Below, piece after piece: positions 13,260-27,193 of a stretch of DNA of 64,000 bases. Each line of letters starts with the position of its first letter. The first letter of the stretch is position 1. Where the stretch lies: contig OZ024745.1 in the NCBI GenBank assembly GCA_964016885.1, forward strand, positions 46,004,001 to 46,068,000. Reading direction: 5' to 3'. Source of the stretch: Eledone cirrhosa (taxonomy: Eukaryota). A program made the translations under genes and the position numbers. Under the pieces are notes generated by a model. It made no database searches. It was not told where the DNA came from and saw nothing but the letters and a program-made list of their open reading frames with translations.

Positions 13260-14479
13260 CTAAAATTAAAGCAGAGAAGTAGAAAATGCAAACCCTCAAG
13301 AGGAAAGAAAAAAGAAAAGGTGAAGTTGAAATAAAATGGAATAGGGGGTAAAATACTATGTAGAGGGGCAAAGAGCAGCCCTATCTAGAAACGCTATTGA
13401 AGTACAAAAAGCCCATAGAATATACTAAATTAAAATTTTATAAATAATTTGGTCTGTAATAGTAAACACATATGTGTATATGCTTACATTTAAAGGTACG
13501 CATAAATACCAAAAATCCGCAGACACAAGTATGTGGGAGAACATTGTTTTTCTGGACCTGTTACCCTTGGTGGAGTCGTAGAGGTACCGTATTGACATGC
13601 GGCACTTCTTGGACACAATTAAACCAGGTGGAACCCATCTCCTCATCAGGTCTGAACACAGAAGATTTCTTCCAGAGAAGGAGAAAGAATGAGAGAAAGG
13701 AAGTGAGAAAGAGATATAGAGGATGAATCGACCCCAGTACTTGACTGGTAATGCTTTTATCGACCTCGAAGAGATGAACGGTAAAGTTGACCTTGGCAGT
13801 AAGTTTGTGAGGGTAAAGCAGAGTCATAGAAACGATAGTCATATATTCATACTTTGTAGAGATAGGGTTCCGAAGATGAAGATGTATATACCCGTGCATC
13901 TACAGAAAATAGTTGAGCAATAGTGTTGGGGAACACAATTGAATCATGAGAGTTGAGGGGAAGATAACTCGATTAGATTGTCTCTGGTATTTCATTAGTT
14001 CTCATTTTATCAATTCCGATAAGGAAAAGCAAAATCACTATTTCGGAGGGACTGGAGTCGTTGTAAACAGAGAAGGAATACAGTGCAGCATAAAGCTAGT
14101 AGTTACAGCATGTTAGTAAGTATATATTTTTATTAGGTATTCTAATATTTGTGTATGAATCAGTTGCAACTTTCAAGATCTTTAAGTAGTATACTAGGGT
14201 GGGATGCATTTCTAATTAGCAGAGTGTTAGCGACTCTCGAATCAGATGTATATTTTCCGGTTTAAAGGGTAAGCGCAGTTTTCAGAATGTTAACTGGTTC
14301 AAACAAGACGAAAATAAAATATTTAACAGAAAATGCAGCAAATATATTTATGTCGGTGATTCAGCATTGCAAAACTAAAAATTGTTTCGATTAACTGAAG
14401 TATTAATAGTATCCAGCAGGAACCATGTTATTGATGTGTATAAGACTGATATGATAATACATATAATTTAAGATCAGTC

Positions 14480-14670
14480 GTTGCGTTCATTTCTGGTACC
14501 ATATCTGAATAGTGGAGTTTCCATCCTCCATCCAGGTTTACAGTACTAGAACTACAGAACTTTGATGAGGAAACCCCGACTATATTTAGCCGGTAGCATC
14601 TGACCACCTCCAATAGTTCCTGCTCTTTACCTGTAAGGGTTGTATTGTTCCAGTTATCAAATGTCAAGCT
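14480..14670 (-). mobile_element. RTE-like LINE AP-endonuclease N-terminal relic
   Basis: WNNTTLTGKEQELLEVVRCYRLNIVGVSSSK..VNLDGGWKLHYS resembles the TWNV..L..E start of the APE domain. Confidence 0.65.
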
Positions 14671-16323
14671 TTACCAATATGGTACTTTTCTTAAACCCAA
14701 GAAGACTAGATTCTTTTGAGGCAGTCTTTATTCGCCTCGTCCTTGCTACATCACTGGGTTGTAAAGGTTTTTCTTGTGAGCTAAGAGAATCCCCATTTGC
14801 TCCATCCCCCCCCAATAGTTTAGTGCTGTTAGTCTAAGGTTGCCTTTTCGACCGGCAGGAGCCCACATATATTGCAACTAACCATCATATCTGCTGGTCA
14901 TATCGCCATCCACCACCTGCGATGCATTACCCCGGTAAAGTCTATGATAAGTATCTGGCAAAGAGAAGTACGGTTTTTGTCGAGTCCAAGTTAGCTGACG
15001 AACAGTGTGATTTTTGCCCTGGATGCAGAACAGATGACCAAATATTCTGTATGTCTTTACTTTTGTCGATCTCATGTTAGTCAGCTTTAGTGAGCCTCTC
15101 TAAATATTCATTCGGCGGCTTTCAATAGTTTATTGGTGATCTCTTCGTCATGAGAAAAAAATTCATTAGCATTAATGAAATAACCATGAAAACAGGCAAG
15201 ATTGAGGAATTCCGAAATTTGAAACGACTAGAAACTAAATGAAGATATAAATCCGGAGGTAATCTGGTCTTTCGAAGCTGAGGCGACAACTCCATGAATA
15301 TTTCAGTTCATTAGACCTCCTCAGAGATATACAATCAACTTAGAACTCCTAACAATAGAATGACTAGAAGAGTATAGGTTGTCATGTGTTTGTGTTGGGG
15401 TGGGGTCTTTGTGTGTGTGAGAGAGAGAGAGAGAGAGGGAGAGAATGCTTGCTTGTGTATGTGTGAGTGTTTTTGTGTGCATGTGAGTGTATTACTGAAA
15501 AATTGAAAGAAACATTATTTTCCTATTTACCGTGTTAAAGTAAGCAACGTGCTTTAAAAGTTTACGTTCCTTTTGTCACTGATAAAACTAATATATCACA
15601 TTGTACTTACAATATATAGATGGGGACATGCAGATATGAATATTCATGGTAAAATTACCTCTCTCACCCACAGAATAGATACACAAATTCTGTGTTCTAA
15701 AAATTGACACCTTATATAAGATCCAAATATTAATTATAAGAACAATCGCGAAATAAATCCCCATAAATGTTAGTCTCCAGCTCTCAACTAGACTATGGGC
15801 TTCCTGTGGTAACAACCATTGATCATAGCTCGAAGTCTTTCAACTATCCGCTATTTATATAGGCATATATCTCAAGTCAATGACGAGGCCCTGACGTCGT
15901 TATTCCTCGTTTAAGTGGTGGCACTCTGAACACGTTACAAAAGTACATATTGGACAATTCAGTTTAATATAAACTTCTCGGAATATATTTCATCTTAGAT
16001 CGATTGTATCAAAGCTGATCTAAGGGTAAAGGGTTCTAAACAACAACAACAACTAACATATTTCTTGCTTTCATCTAAAATATATTGTATCGCATTTAAG
16101 AGGCTGTAAAATGATTATTAAATGTTGAATACAATACGGCTTAGAGAGTAATACTTTCTATTTACAACGAAGACTAAAGGAAATGTATGAGAATATTTGA
16201 AAAACATAATAATAAACAGACAAATTAGGTATGTGGCCGTCCAATCAAGTCCATAATTCTCCTCCCGATTTTTCTCTCTTTGTCTGTTACATAAACACCC
16301 TTTCATTGTGTCTACATAAGTAA

Positions 16324-16381
<58 letters not shown>

Positions 16382-16431
16382 ATATGTGTGTGTATATATA
16401 TGTGTCTGTATGTGTATTTGTTTGTGTGTGT

Positions 16432-16512
<81 letters not shown>

Positions 16513-16534
16513 CGTGTGTGTGTGTGGAATAATG

Positions 16535-16818
16535 TGCCTTAGTGGGTAAAATCTTCGTCTTGCGATCGTGAGTTCGATTCCAAGTGGCGATTTATGCCAC
16601 TAAGCACGTTGCTCCAGTCCACACAGTTTGAAAACAAATGAGTTGTACCTGTAATTCCAAGGGCCAATCTTGACACACACTGTGTCCCTCTGGATCTCTA
16701 TGAGAACTGTGTTGAAGGCATGTCTTTGGATTGCCCAACCACTTGCTAGATAATTTCATGTGCAGACTGTTGCGTTGTTCAAGCAACTGGAACACTCGTC
16801 GTGGTAACGAATGAGGTC
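16535..16818 (+). mobile_element. Second, diverged tRNA-derived SINE family
   Basis: A-box-like tagtgggtaa and B-box gagttcgattcc followed by a ~230-bp body. Confidence 0.5.
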
Positions 16819-17130
16819 CCAACATATATACATATGCGTGTGTGTGAATGCATAGGTATTTGGGTGTGTATGTGCACGATAAAGTGACGGCGTGTCTGTT
16901 TCTGTCCAATAAAAATATATATTTGTAAGGATCTTTGCATGTATATATGTAAGTTTCTACGTACAAAGTACATAGAGATTTAGCTTTGCTTCATATATTG
17001 TCCGAATACACAAATCCCACATTCACATATAACCATACATACAGACAGACATACTCACACATACATACATACATACATACATACATACATACATACATAC
17101 ATACATACATACATACATACATACATACAT

Positions 17131-17500
17131 CTGTTGTGGAGATCAGCTGCCCACTTGATGTAAACGTTGTCAGAAAAATATAGAAGGAGGACATCTACGG
17201 ACCATTGATGAGGAGTTTACAAATCCAGTATCCAAGATACATCTTTAGCTTCATACCCATCATTATTGGAGCTACGGGTTATATACCAATCCGCTTGGAC
17301 CAAAGTATGACTGAACTTGGATTTGCGGACAAAAAGCGCAGCTCCCTAATTCATAGTCTACAAATGGCTGCGATAGCTGGCACCTTCAAAATTTGCAAAA
17401 CATTCTTGCGATTCAAAGGATGACAATTTCTTTTCTTTTACAACCTTGCCACCAGGAAGGTGGCCGGTCAAAAAATATATACTCGAAATTAAGAGACAGA
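17131..17500 (+). mobile_element. 3' end of a restriction-like-endonuclease non-LTR retrotransposon (R4/Dong-like) within (CATA)n
   Basis: VVEISCPLDVNV..K..Y..L..IPIIIGATGYIP..LQMAAIAGTFKICKTFL. Confidence 0.75.
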
Positions 17501-17571
17501 GATAACATACATACATATACGTCTGTCTCCCTAAATAAATAAATACGTGTATGTGTGAGTGTGTGTTGCTT

Positions 17572-17612
<41 letters not shown>

Positions 17613-17918
17613 ACGTATACATGTATTCATATACCTTGATAAATGAATGTGTACACTAAACGTGAGCACGTTTAGATATATGTATCAGAGCTCTTCATTA
17701 TTGTTCGTCTGTTTTTGTTTGTCTTCAGGTGTGGGGTGTAGAAGCCATGGGGGAAGATTAATATTCCAATTTGTGTTATAATCAACTTCACGTTCCACTC
17801 CTGATTCTTTAACCTTTACAGAACTACCGATCTTGTTATGATAATCTTATAGGGGACAGTTAATTTACTTTCACACTTCTCTCTTTTTTTCTTTCTTTCT
17901 CTCTCTCTCTCTCTCTCC

Positions 17919-17966
<48 letters not shown>

Positions 17967-18146
17967 GCACATACCACACTCACATACACACACATATATA
18001 TATATATATGTGCAAAAAGTAAACGAGTATCTACATTTGGGGCATTAGTCTTTCATCAGAAAATGGAATGAGAAATAAAAGGTGAAATAGAATGATAGAG
18101 AGAGAGAAGGGGAAGAAAAGTGTGTATTCAGTCAGCCACTTTGGAG

Positions 18147-18209
<63 letters not shown>

Positions 18210-18559
18210 TACATGATATTAAACAATGTAATAATAAGAAAAACAAAATGAGGCAGTAATTAATCCATTGTTTTTACGATCGTTTCTATGATAAATACCA
18301 ATGTAATGCAAATGACATAAACATTTGCAACACTAACTTCAGGAAAGCGGCCAGCGCCACTTGATCACCGACCAATTAGGTAAGCATGCAAGCCAGTTTG
18401 ACATCATGCTCGTTAGAAAATAGGAAAGACAACTAACTATGAATACTAAGTGGCTTCTCTGGGAAGAATGCACCACCCAATCCAGATTAGTTAGTAATGA
18501 CATCGGGAAAATTTTCAAACGGTATCATAAACACGGAAAAATCTAGAGGATGAGTTATG

Positions 18560-18840
18560 AAAACTAAAGGACGTTTTTGTAAAATAATTGTGGGAAAAGT
18601 ATGCGTGATACGTACGACGAAAGTTAAGAGGAGATAGATACGTGTAACAAAGAATGCAATGGGAAATGACAGAGTGTTGGCACAACTATTAAGGGAAAAA
18701 GTCAAATTAGATGAAATGCAGTTTGGTTTTGTATCAGAAAGGAAAACCACAGATGCCTTCTTCTTAGTGAAACCCCTACCAGTTCCTAGGTAAGTGTAAA
18801 CCATTATACATAGCCTTTGTAGACCTGGAAAAAGCATTTG
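18560..18840 (+). mobile_element. RTE-like reverse transcriptase relic
   Basis: LREKVKLDEMQFGFVSERKTTDAFFLV..DLEKAF. Confidence 0.7.
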
Positions 18841-18849
18841 CGCTGAATG

Positions 18850-19545
18850 TTTGCAGTTTCTAAGAAAGCAGATTTCTGCAGAGTAATTATATTTTGTTGT
18901 GATTTTGTTGGTATCGTCTTCGTGTCTCTGTCCTTCACCTTAGCAATTTGGACTCTCAACATAGGGTCAATTTTTTAATTTCCTTCCCTTTGTTAAAATG
19001 ATCCTCTCGTACTGCCACATCAATTTTACGACACTTACCTAATCGCTCACCTAAGAAAAACCTTGCAGCGCTAATTAACTTTCTCAAGTTGGTGATAACA
19101 TTGGTTTCTATGTACATTGTTCCATGGTTTACTTTGGCTGTTTCAGTTGCTAAATGACCACTCCCTCCATATTTAGCTGTTCATTATTTGTTACCCTTAT
19201 CAGCAGTTTGGTAGGGTAATTCCTCTGTTGATTTATTTTCATTATTATCTTATCATTGTTCATTCATATCATCTAAATTACCTTCAGCATTAACATTCCT
19301 ACTTTCAACTTCAACTTCCATGGCATCTAATTCAACCTTGATAAGTCAATTACTCCGCCTAATTTTCCTTATCTGTCCTATTAAATTGTTCACACTGATT
19401 TCAAACATTCAAAACCTTTTCCAACGCTAAAGCACCCAATCACCCACACCCCGTGCTCCTCCCTCTCTTGTAAGAATGTAATACTTGATTGAGATTTTAT
19501 CTTCTTTGCTCCATTTCCTTCTGCCTTCGGTTTCATTGCGTTGTT
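18850..19545 (-). mobile_element. R4/Dong-like element, N-terminal region (decayed)
   Basis: RRKWSKEDKISIKYYIL..RG..RWKRF*MFEISVNNLIGQIRKIRRSN*LIKVELD resembles the R4/Dong N-terminal motif. Confidence 0.6.
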
Positions 19546-19599
19546 TTACTTTTCTGTGATTATAAACCTGTGGTTTATTGTGGTACAGCTACATAATGA

Positions 19600-20632
19600 G
19601 GATCTGTGGACGGCTATACCCTCTGAGGTGTTAACAGATCCACTCACGTCACACAATAAAACTGTGATATTAAGAATTTTCATTATTCTCAGAGCACCTA
19701 TTTTTATAGGTATTTTTTCTGCCTTCATCATCTACATTTAGATTATTTCTATCGCTAGATCTTTATATTTGGATAGTTTCTCCATTTCCTTAATAGATAG
19801 AGATATATTGTCGTCTGTGGGGACTGGTACATCAATTAGAAGACGTGTTTTCTTTGTAGTCTTTGACTATAATATCTAGTCGGTTGGCTTTGATCTCCCT
19901 GTCTGTGAGTATTTGGATATCCCAGAGATTGTTTATTTTGTCATTCTCTGATACCTTTTCTGGTGTGTGTCTGTACCATCTTTTTTTTCTGTTGCTATTT
20001 CATAATGTTGGCATAACTTCCATTGTATGTAGGTCCCTACTCTATCATGTCTGTAGATGTATTCCCTTTTGGCTAAGACTGGGCAGTCAAAGATAATGGG
20101 GTTAATTGTGTCTTTCCCACCTCAACATATTCTACAGTTACTTATTGTTCTGCTTCATTATGTACTTCTGGTGGTTTCTGGAGGGGAGGCTTTGGTCTTG
20201 TGCTGCAATTAGAAATCCTTCCATCTCAGCTTTTAGTCCAGTGCTTCATAACACGTTTTGTGTGTTTTGCTTGTCTACTTCCTCTCTATTTAGCGTTTTC
20301 AAGTATTGGCTATGTGAGGGTTTTTCTTGCCATCGTTTTAACATGGCATTCTGGGGTTCTGCTTCCAGTTTAGATTTTAAGTTTTTCAAAATTTCTGCTG
20401 TTGTTTCTTGTTTGTTTTTATTTTCTTCACAGCTATCTGTTAATCTGGTTTCTGCTTTGAATTTATTTACCTCCTTGAAGACTGAGTACAAATGTTTGTA
20501 TTGTTCACGTTTTGTAGCTATTTCTATTAAGTTTTCTTTGTTCTTCATTAGATATTTTTGTAGTCCTACAGTAGTTATTTTATAACTGTTTTCTAGTTGC
20601 ATAAGGCCTCTTCCTCTTTGTGTCCGCAGTAG
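19600..20632 (-). mobile_element. R4/Dong-like element, C-terminal region (decayed)
   Basis: RTQRGRGLMQLE..WQEKPSHSQY..; PD-(D/E)xK-type segment LLIDVPVPTDDN..KLSKYKDLAIEI..IPIKIGAL; upstream end abuts degenerate (TAA)n at ~20634-20650. Confidence 0.8.
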
Positions 20633-22831
20633 GTTATTACTATTATTATTGCTGTAAAATTGGCTGAGTTGTAAGAGCGTTAGACAAAATCTTAGCAATA
20701 TTTGTTCCGGCACCGAAATCAAATTTGTCTTTCATCCTTCCGAATTTGCTAAAATAAACTACCAGGCAAGTACTGGGGACGGTTTAGCTGCCTTTCTTTT
20801 CAGCAACATAATGATGGCCTTGTGCCAAAATTGGAAAACAATTTTATTATTACGATTGCTACTGCTGTCGCTACTACTACTACTATTACTTTTATTATGA
20901 AGTCATTATTCTAACAATCAAATAATTATATGTCATGAATACATGCTTAGATTTCATTCAACGTAGCTGAGGTGAAGATCAATCTTAGAGACACCGTATA
21001 AAATAAAAATATTTAATTCAACTCTCGTACCTTCATTGTCAAAAATTCTCTTCTAATTATAGACAGAAAGACAAATGCTAAACAAAACAAAACTAATCTA
21101 CGTTGCTCTAAACAAGATAATCATACCATGCACAAAAAACAGTGGTATTAGGAATTATAATTAGTATTTTAATGTGGAATCGGGTCTGAAACCGGTTAAT
21201 TTTGAAATGTTTTCTGACGCTAAAATAAAATCCTAGTCATTTGGTTCAGTTTTAGCAATATTATAGATGTGTGGCCATCATAAAGATCTTTAGGGTTTAT
21301 GAGATGTAGCATTTGTAGCGACATTAAGGGTTTATTTGCATCTTGTTCACACGGGAAGTCGGTGTGGTGTCGGATTTTTTCTAGGTCTCTAATCTTGTAG
21401 GCTGCGTAGTTATGGTGAGAAGTTTCTAAATCACATGTTGCATGTTGCTTCTAGAGACGTTAAGAATGATATTATCTCTATGTGCATCATTTCCGTTAGA
21501 AGAAAGAACAAAAAAAATCATAACGAGCATGAAATGGGATATATATCTGATGCTTGCATTGGAAATATCATACATATTTGTTTTATCAGCTTTTGATAAT
21601 GTCAAAGCCAGATCACAAAGAATGTTTTCTAACATAGACACCAAGCTACAGGATTAGAATGAGGTGAAGATGATGTTAGCCTCACTACTTGACGAGTACA
21701 TATTCTATCAGCAATGAAAGGGGGCTGGTCAAAGTACAACTCAATGAGATAAAAATTCGGAATTCAAAGTGACTTAAATAAATACTATAAATAATTTTAA
21801 ACAGGTTCCCTTCATATTTTACTGAATAATAAAAACTTATTTTACCCAACGTCAAACTCCTTTTTCAAGCAAATAAGGGTCCAATGAAGTATTATTGATA
21901 TCTTGTTAGGGGGTGGGGAGCTAATACAGAACAATAAAGTACCAACATTGCTTTCTTACATAAAATTAAAATACGATGGCCGGAAAAGCATAATATTAAG
22001 GGATGTAAATGAACTTTAATGGCAGAAGTTGGGAAGCTATATTGGTTGGCACATATGATTCATCTGCAGATTTACTCTAGTCTATAGAGAGCTCATATTT
22101 TAGTCTCAACACTATTACTAACACTAGTTTTACTAACATCAACGTCTTTTCATAAATAACTCTACCACTCAGAAAGCCACAAGCTCTACTAGAATACAAA
22201 CACATTACTACTTAATCCATCATCAACGTTAACGCCGCCACCATTAATATCATCATGTCTACTACTGCCAATCCTGACCACCACCATATTTAATGAAAGT
22301 AGTAGTTACAATATTACAATGGTGACATCATTCTGGACACCCCCTCTTTATGCTTTGTTAATACGTGTTGCTGTCAATCAATTTCGAGCTTAAGTCTTAA
22401 TACGACAATTGCCTGCCCCTAAAACACCTAATGTTCTGTGATTGTAAAATAAATTATATACACATGCACAACGAGGCAAAGGAGCAGACAAGAGAGAAGA
22501 GAGCCGAAGCTATACAGAGAAGAGAGAAAGGGAGGGGGAGAAATAGAGATAGTCAGATTTGAACCAAAGGACACGCGCAACACATTGGGTTCTACTATTC
22601 AGAGCTTGCTGAATAATCTCCTGTTGCCACCTGGTCCTGTTCATAATGACCTCTCTACTTCTAAGAAGTTAAATTGCGTTTTTCTCCATTAACCTCTCAA
22701 AATCTATTGCGTGCAGTACTTAATCTCACGGACTGATCTCATACTCGAACCTCTGGCTTTTTTTTATATATTCCCCCTTCAATCTCAGTTTCCCTCATTC
22801 TACCTATCTTTATTCCCTCATTCTACCTACC

Positions 22832-22883
22832 GTTTATTGGCTATGGAAGCCTACAGGGATGTAGGCTTCCATAGCCAATAAAC
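22832..22883. repeat. Perfect 24-bp inverted repeat with a 4-nt loop
   Basis: gtttattggctatggaagcctaca-ggga-tgtaggcttccatagccaataaac. Confidence 0.95.
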
Positions 22884-23899
22884 TATGTTCTTCTCTATTG
22901 ACTATTCCATGAATTTTTCTTCCTCTACTGTCAATCGTTGGTAAAATTGGCTAGCAGAAAAAAAGAAAGATTGTCTGAAATCCAACGTTCTATATTAAAA
23001 AGAGGTTTGATATAGGCATGATTAATCTGGAAGTACGCAAAATTTAAAGAATAAAGCAATGACCAGTATGAAAAATTGGAATAATAAAAGATCGCTCACA
23101 GAATGCAGTTTTACCTTCCGACTTTGGATCCTGCCCCTTATTTCGTTTATATTGAAAATATACTTTTCTTTTCTTTTATATATATATATGCTATCAAAAG
23201 TATGGCTCTAAAACAGCTAACGGGTTTTCAATATGAAATGTTTACGAACCTGAATTATATTATATTTCTGGTTATATGCGCTAGATTTGAAATATAACGG
23301 ATAAAATTAGTTTGTTCCGTTTCTAAGCTACTTTCACCTATTTCCTGTAATTATCAGAAAACAAAATTTATACAATATTTATGATTTGATTACTGAAAGC
23401 TTAAATATTTTATATGCAGATACATCAGATGAGTTATAAATCCACACGCCATGCCATCTTTTATGCAATTATTGAAGACACAATAATTCTTGCGCTTTAA
23501 ATACAGCTAAATTTAGCTTTTAAATATCTCTTCAAATAGAGGATAAGAATAAAATTCCCTTTGATTCAAAATTATCTCGGAAGGCAACGCCAATCTAGCC
23601 ATATTTACACTAAGCCTATGAACGTCATCCCAGACCTACAAAAAATCTGTAAAAGTCTCAATGCTAACATTACAATGTCTAATTTATTAAATATTCCTTT
23701 TAATAAGTATTCTTGAATGGTTCCAAGTCCTCATCCATCTTCACGTGGCAGTTGGCAGGGGATTCTCTTTAACTGAGAGGAATCTCTTTAACTGAGCCTA
23801 TAGCTGTACTTTCAATGCGACTCAAACGATCGTACACACACTTGCGTGGATTTTACACCACACCTACAGTAATGTGTGTACGCACACACGTATATATAT

Positions 23900-23980
<81 letters not shown>

Positions 23981-24132
23981 TAATTAGAGCTTGTGTTAGT
24001 TTATCACCGACACTTTAGTATGCAGGGTAGCGCACTCAACAGAGTACACAAGTAGGCCTGTTTACTCCGAAGTATATTTATAATCATGAAGTACAAGTCA
24101 ACAGGTTGTAATCCATTCCTTTATTCATAATC

Positions 24133-24191
24133 GCTGTTATATATATTTCGATGATAACTGTTATGCAACAGTTATGACCTCATCAGACAAC
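24133..24191 (-). ncRNA. Type I hammerhead ribozyme
   Basis: rc: gttgt-CTGATGA-ggtcataactgttgcataacagttatcatc-GAAA-tatata-TA-acagc. Confidence 0.75.
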
Positions 24192-24450
24192 TAGTGTCAA
24201 CAGAAAAAAAAAACCATAAAGACATATAGCTTACTTCTGTTGTTTCGATTCATTTATATGGCCCGGGCTGATATTTGGTGTTGCTCTCTCAACTTTGCTT
24301 TGAGAAAGAAATACCCAATATCAGCTGAGCTTCACAGATCAAGAAAAACCATGGCTAATTAGGAAGTTGCAAGTACAGTCCATTAATGGAACTGTAAAAA
24401 CATATATAACTTTTCAAAAATTCAGCATGTAATAGCTGCATATACACATA

Positions 24451-25334
24451 CGAGGTGTGTCAGAAAAGTTCCAGGACTGATGTCACAAAAGATTTATTTC
24501 AAACCCAAACTTCACACTAAGAGTTTTCTCCTTCAAAGTAATCCCCCTGGAGTATGTAACTCTCTGCAGCGATCAAACTTTTTTCTTCATAATGTTATAT
24601 AGATGTCCTCTGTTTCAGGTCGTCAAGCAATAAGCACAGAGCAACGAACAAACTTGAAAACTCCGTCAGAAGCACTGGGATTGCTGCAGCAAGTGTATGG
24701 AGATGAGACGATGTCACGCTCACGTGTTTTTGAGTGGTGCAAGAGGTTTAAAGAAGGACGCGAGGACTTGGAAGATGACCCCAGGAGCGGAAGGCCCTCA
24801 ACAACCAGGACTGAGGTCAACGTTGAGCGCGTCAGGCAGATGGTGCGTAGCGATCGTCGGCTGACTGTTCGACTGATGGCAAATGAGCTGCGCATGAATC
24901 GGGACAGCGTCTGGAAGATTCTCACTGAAGATTTGGACATGCGGAAAGTCTGCGCGAAGATGGTGCCAAAACTGGTGAACGATGACCAGAAGGGTCGACG
25001 CATGCAAGTGTGCCAGTACATCCTCGAGCGTCTTGAAACCGAACCAGACTTGCTAGGGACAGTCAGCACCGGTGATGAGTCATGGATCTTCGAGTACGAC
25101 CCGGAGGGGACCCGTTTTGAAGACGTGGACGACATCAAAAAGGCCGTGACGATGGAATTGCGGAGGAGCCCGGAAGAATCCTTCCAGGAGTGCATGCAAG
25201 CGCGGCAGAAAAGGATGAAAAAGTGCATTAGACTCCAAGGGGATTACTTTGAAGGAGAAAACTCTTAGTGTGAAGTTTGGGTTTGAAATAAATTTTTTGT
25301 GACATCAGTCCTGGAACTTTTCTGACCCACCTCG
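24451..25334 (+). mobile_element. Non-autonomous mariner, 884 bp, ~100-bp TIRs, TA target duplication
   Basis: TA|cgaggtgtgtcagaaaagttccaggactga ... tcagtcctggaacttttctgacccacctcg|TA. Confidence 0.93.
24603..25268 (+). pseudogene. Mariner transposase with an in-frame internal deletion of most of the DD34D domain
   Basis: HTH region (VFEWCKRFKEG..DDPRSGRP), KMVPK, TGDESW and the C-terminal GDYFE are present; the HDNA and YSPDLAP motifs are missing (YDPE|GTRFED junction). Confidence 0.9.
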
Positions 25335-26409
25335 TATATAAAAACAGAAACATACGCACGTGTACACATACAACTCAATACATAAAGATCCACGCATACA
25401 ATAACATTCATACCTGCACATATACACACACACGCATACATGCAAACACAAGCACATACATACAGACATACATACGTATTTAACTAGTTGATGTTGTCTA
25501 AATTCCAATGAAAGAGTCTTGCGTCTATGTAGAAACCGACTCTCTCACTATTGGTGAATATTTATAAAGTAATAAAACCACAAGAACAAACATACATATG
25601 TATATGTATAAAAATCATGCGCTTATGCCGGTGTGAGGGGCGGTGTATATCTCGTGACAAGACCTGTCAATACATTTAAAACATAAGATGAAAAGCATAA
25701 AAAGAATGTAATGTCTGTGTTGATTGCCCAAGACATTAATATCGATTTCGTCAGTGTGTGTAGTTAGGTAGGTGTGTATATTTGTTTTTCACCTACTGTA
25801 TAAGAGGAGGGGGGGGGGGTATAGATACACAGAGAGAAATTGAGACGGAGGAGTAAAACGATAAAAACCAATGTAACAGCTATGATATAAGAAGGAGAGG
25901 TTTAAAGATACACAGAGAGAAATGTTGGATGGGAGGTGGAGAATGATAGACACGAATGTGACAACTAACATATAAGAGGGGGTGGTTTATAGATACACAG
26001 AGAGAAATAAAGGGGGAGAGTAAAATGATAGAAACTAATGTAACAACTATCACACAAGACGGAGGGGTTTAACTGTACAGAAAGAAATGGGAGGGGGGTT
26101 AAAGAAGAAAGACCTATATTACTGCAGCTAAGACTAAAACAAACAATGGATATTGTTTTATTCATTGTTGTTTTTAAGCTAGATACTAATGTATTTAATT
26201 TAACCACAATGCCAGGAATTTTTACGAGAGGGGGGATAATCGATTATATTGACACCAGTACTTGACCGGTACTTTATTTTATCGATCCCGGAATAGTAAA
26301 AAGACTATTTGCACTCGGATTTGCACTCGGAAGTTAGAGCCGGATGAAATATCACAAAGCATTTTGTCCGATGGTCTAACGAATCTACCAATCCATCACC
26401 CTAACAAAA

Positions 26410-26590
26410 TGACTTGTGGTATTTGTTTCGGCTATTTACGTTCTGAGTTCAAATCCCGCTGATGTCTACATTGCCTTTCATCGTTCCGAGGTCAATAAAA
26501 TAAAATACCAGTTAAGTAAGGAAGTCAATATATTCGATTTTCCCCTCCCTCACCAAATTTCTGACCTTGTTCCTAAATTAAAAACAATTA
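26410..26590 (+). mobile_element. SINE (diverged); another diverged copy on the minus strand at ~26210-26400
   Basis: ctgagttcaaatcccgc..gcctttcat..aataaaataccag. Confidence 0.7.
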
Positions 26591-27193
26591 TCTTCGGGGT
26601 ATGGTCGGTATTTAGAGCTCTTTCATGGGTCCTTACAGAATATCGTGATTGTTGCAACAGGTTTTTAAATAGCAAAGCTAGATACGTAAATATGTACAGT
26701 GCTCCAGCATGGACACTGTCAGTTGGTTAGAATCAGTAGAATGTGTATATGTATAAAATATATTTGAGCTGATTTATGGTATAAGATTGAAATACTGTTT
26801 ATTTTAATCGGCTTTTATAATGTTGCTACTCCCTTTTAGTTAATTAATTAAATTTATTTTAAGTTAAGTAGTTAATTTTCTTGAGGGTCTTGTGAGCTGT
26901 TTCTAACTTCGATAGCTATTTAAGAATATATCGAATAACTATAGCTAAACCACGTATCATTCTCCCTTTAGCTGAAATAGCTGTCCACTCTAAACATTAT
27001 TTCCAACACAAGAAAATTCATTATAATTTTTCTTGAAATAGCTATTAATTAGTATATCTTAAGACTAGTCACTAATAAGTCACCAAAGTCTTGATTAGCT
27101 AATTAACTACGTTAATTAGTCTAATTTCTTAATCATGATGAAACCGCGATCTTATCAAAATGCAGGTAAAATTTTATATTTTCCTTAGATATA

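Noticed and set aside
17700-17760. Possible acceptor (ttgtcttcag) followed by an ATG
   Set aside because: Early stop codon and no supported donor or coding signal
21426-21657. Short ORFs on both strands in unique sequence
   Set aside because: No recognisable domain or exon structure
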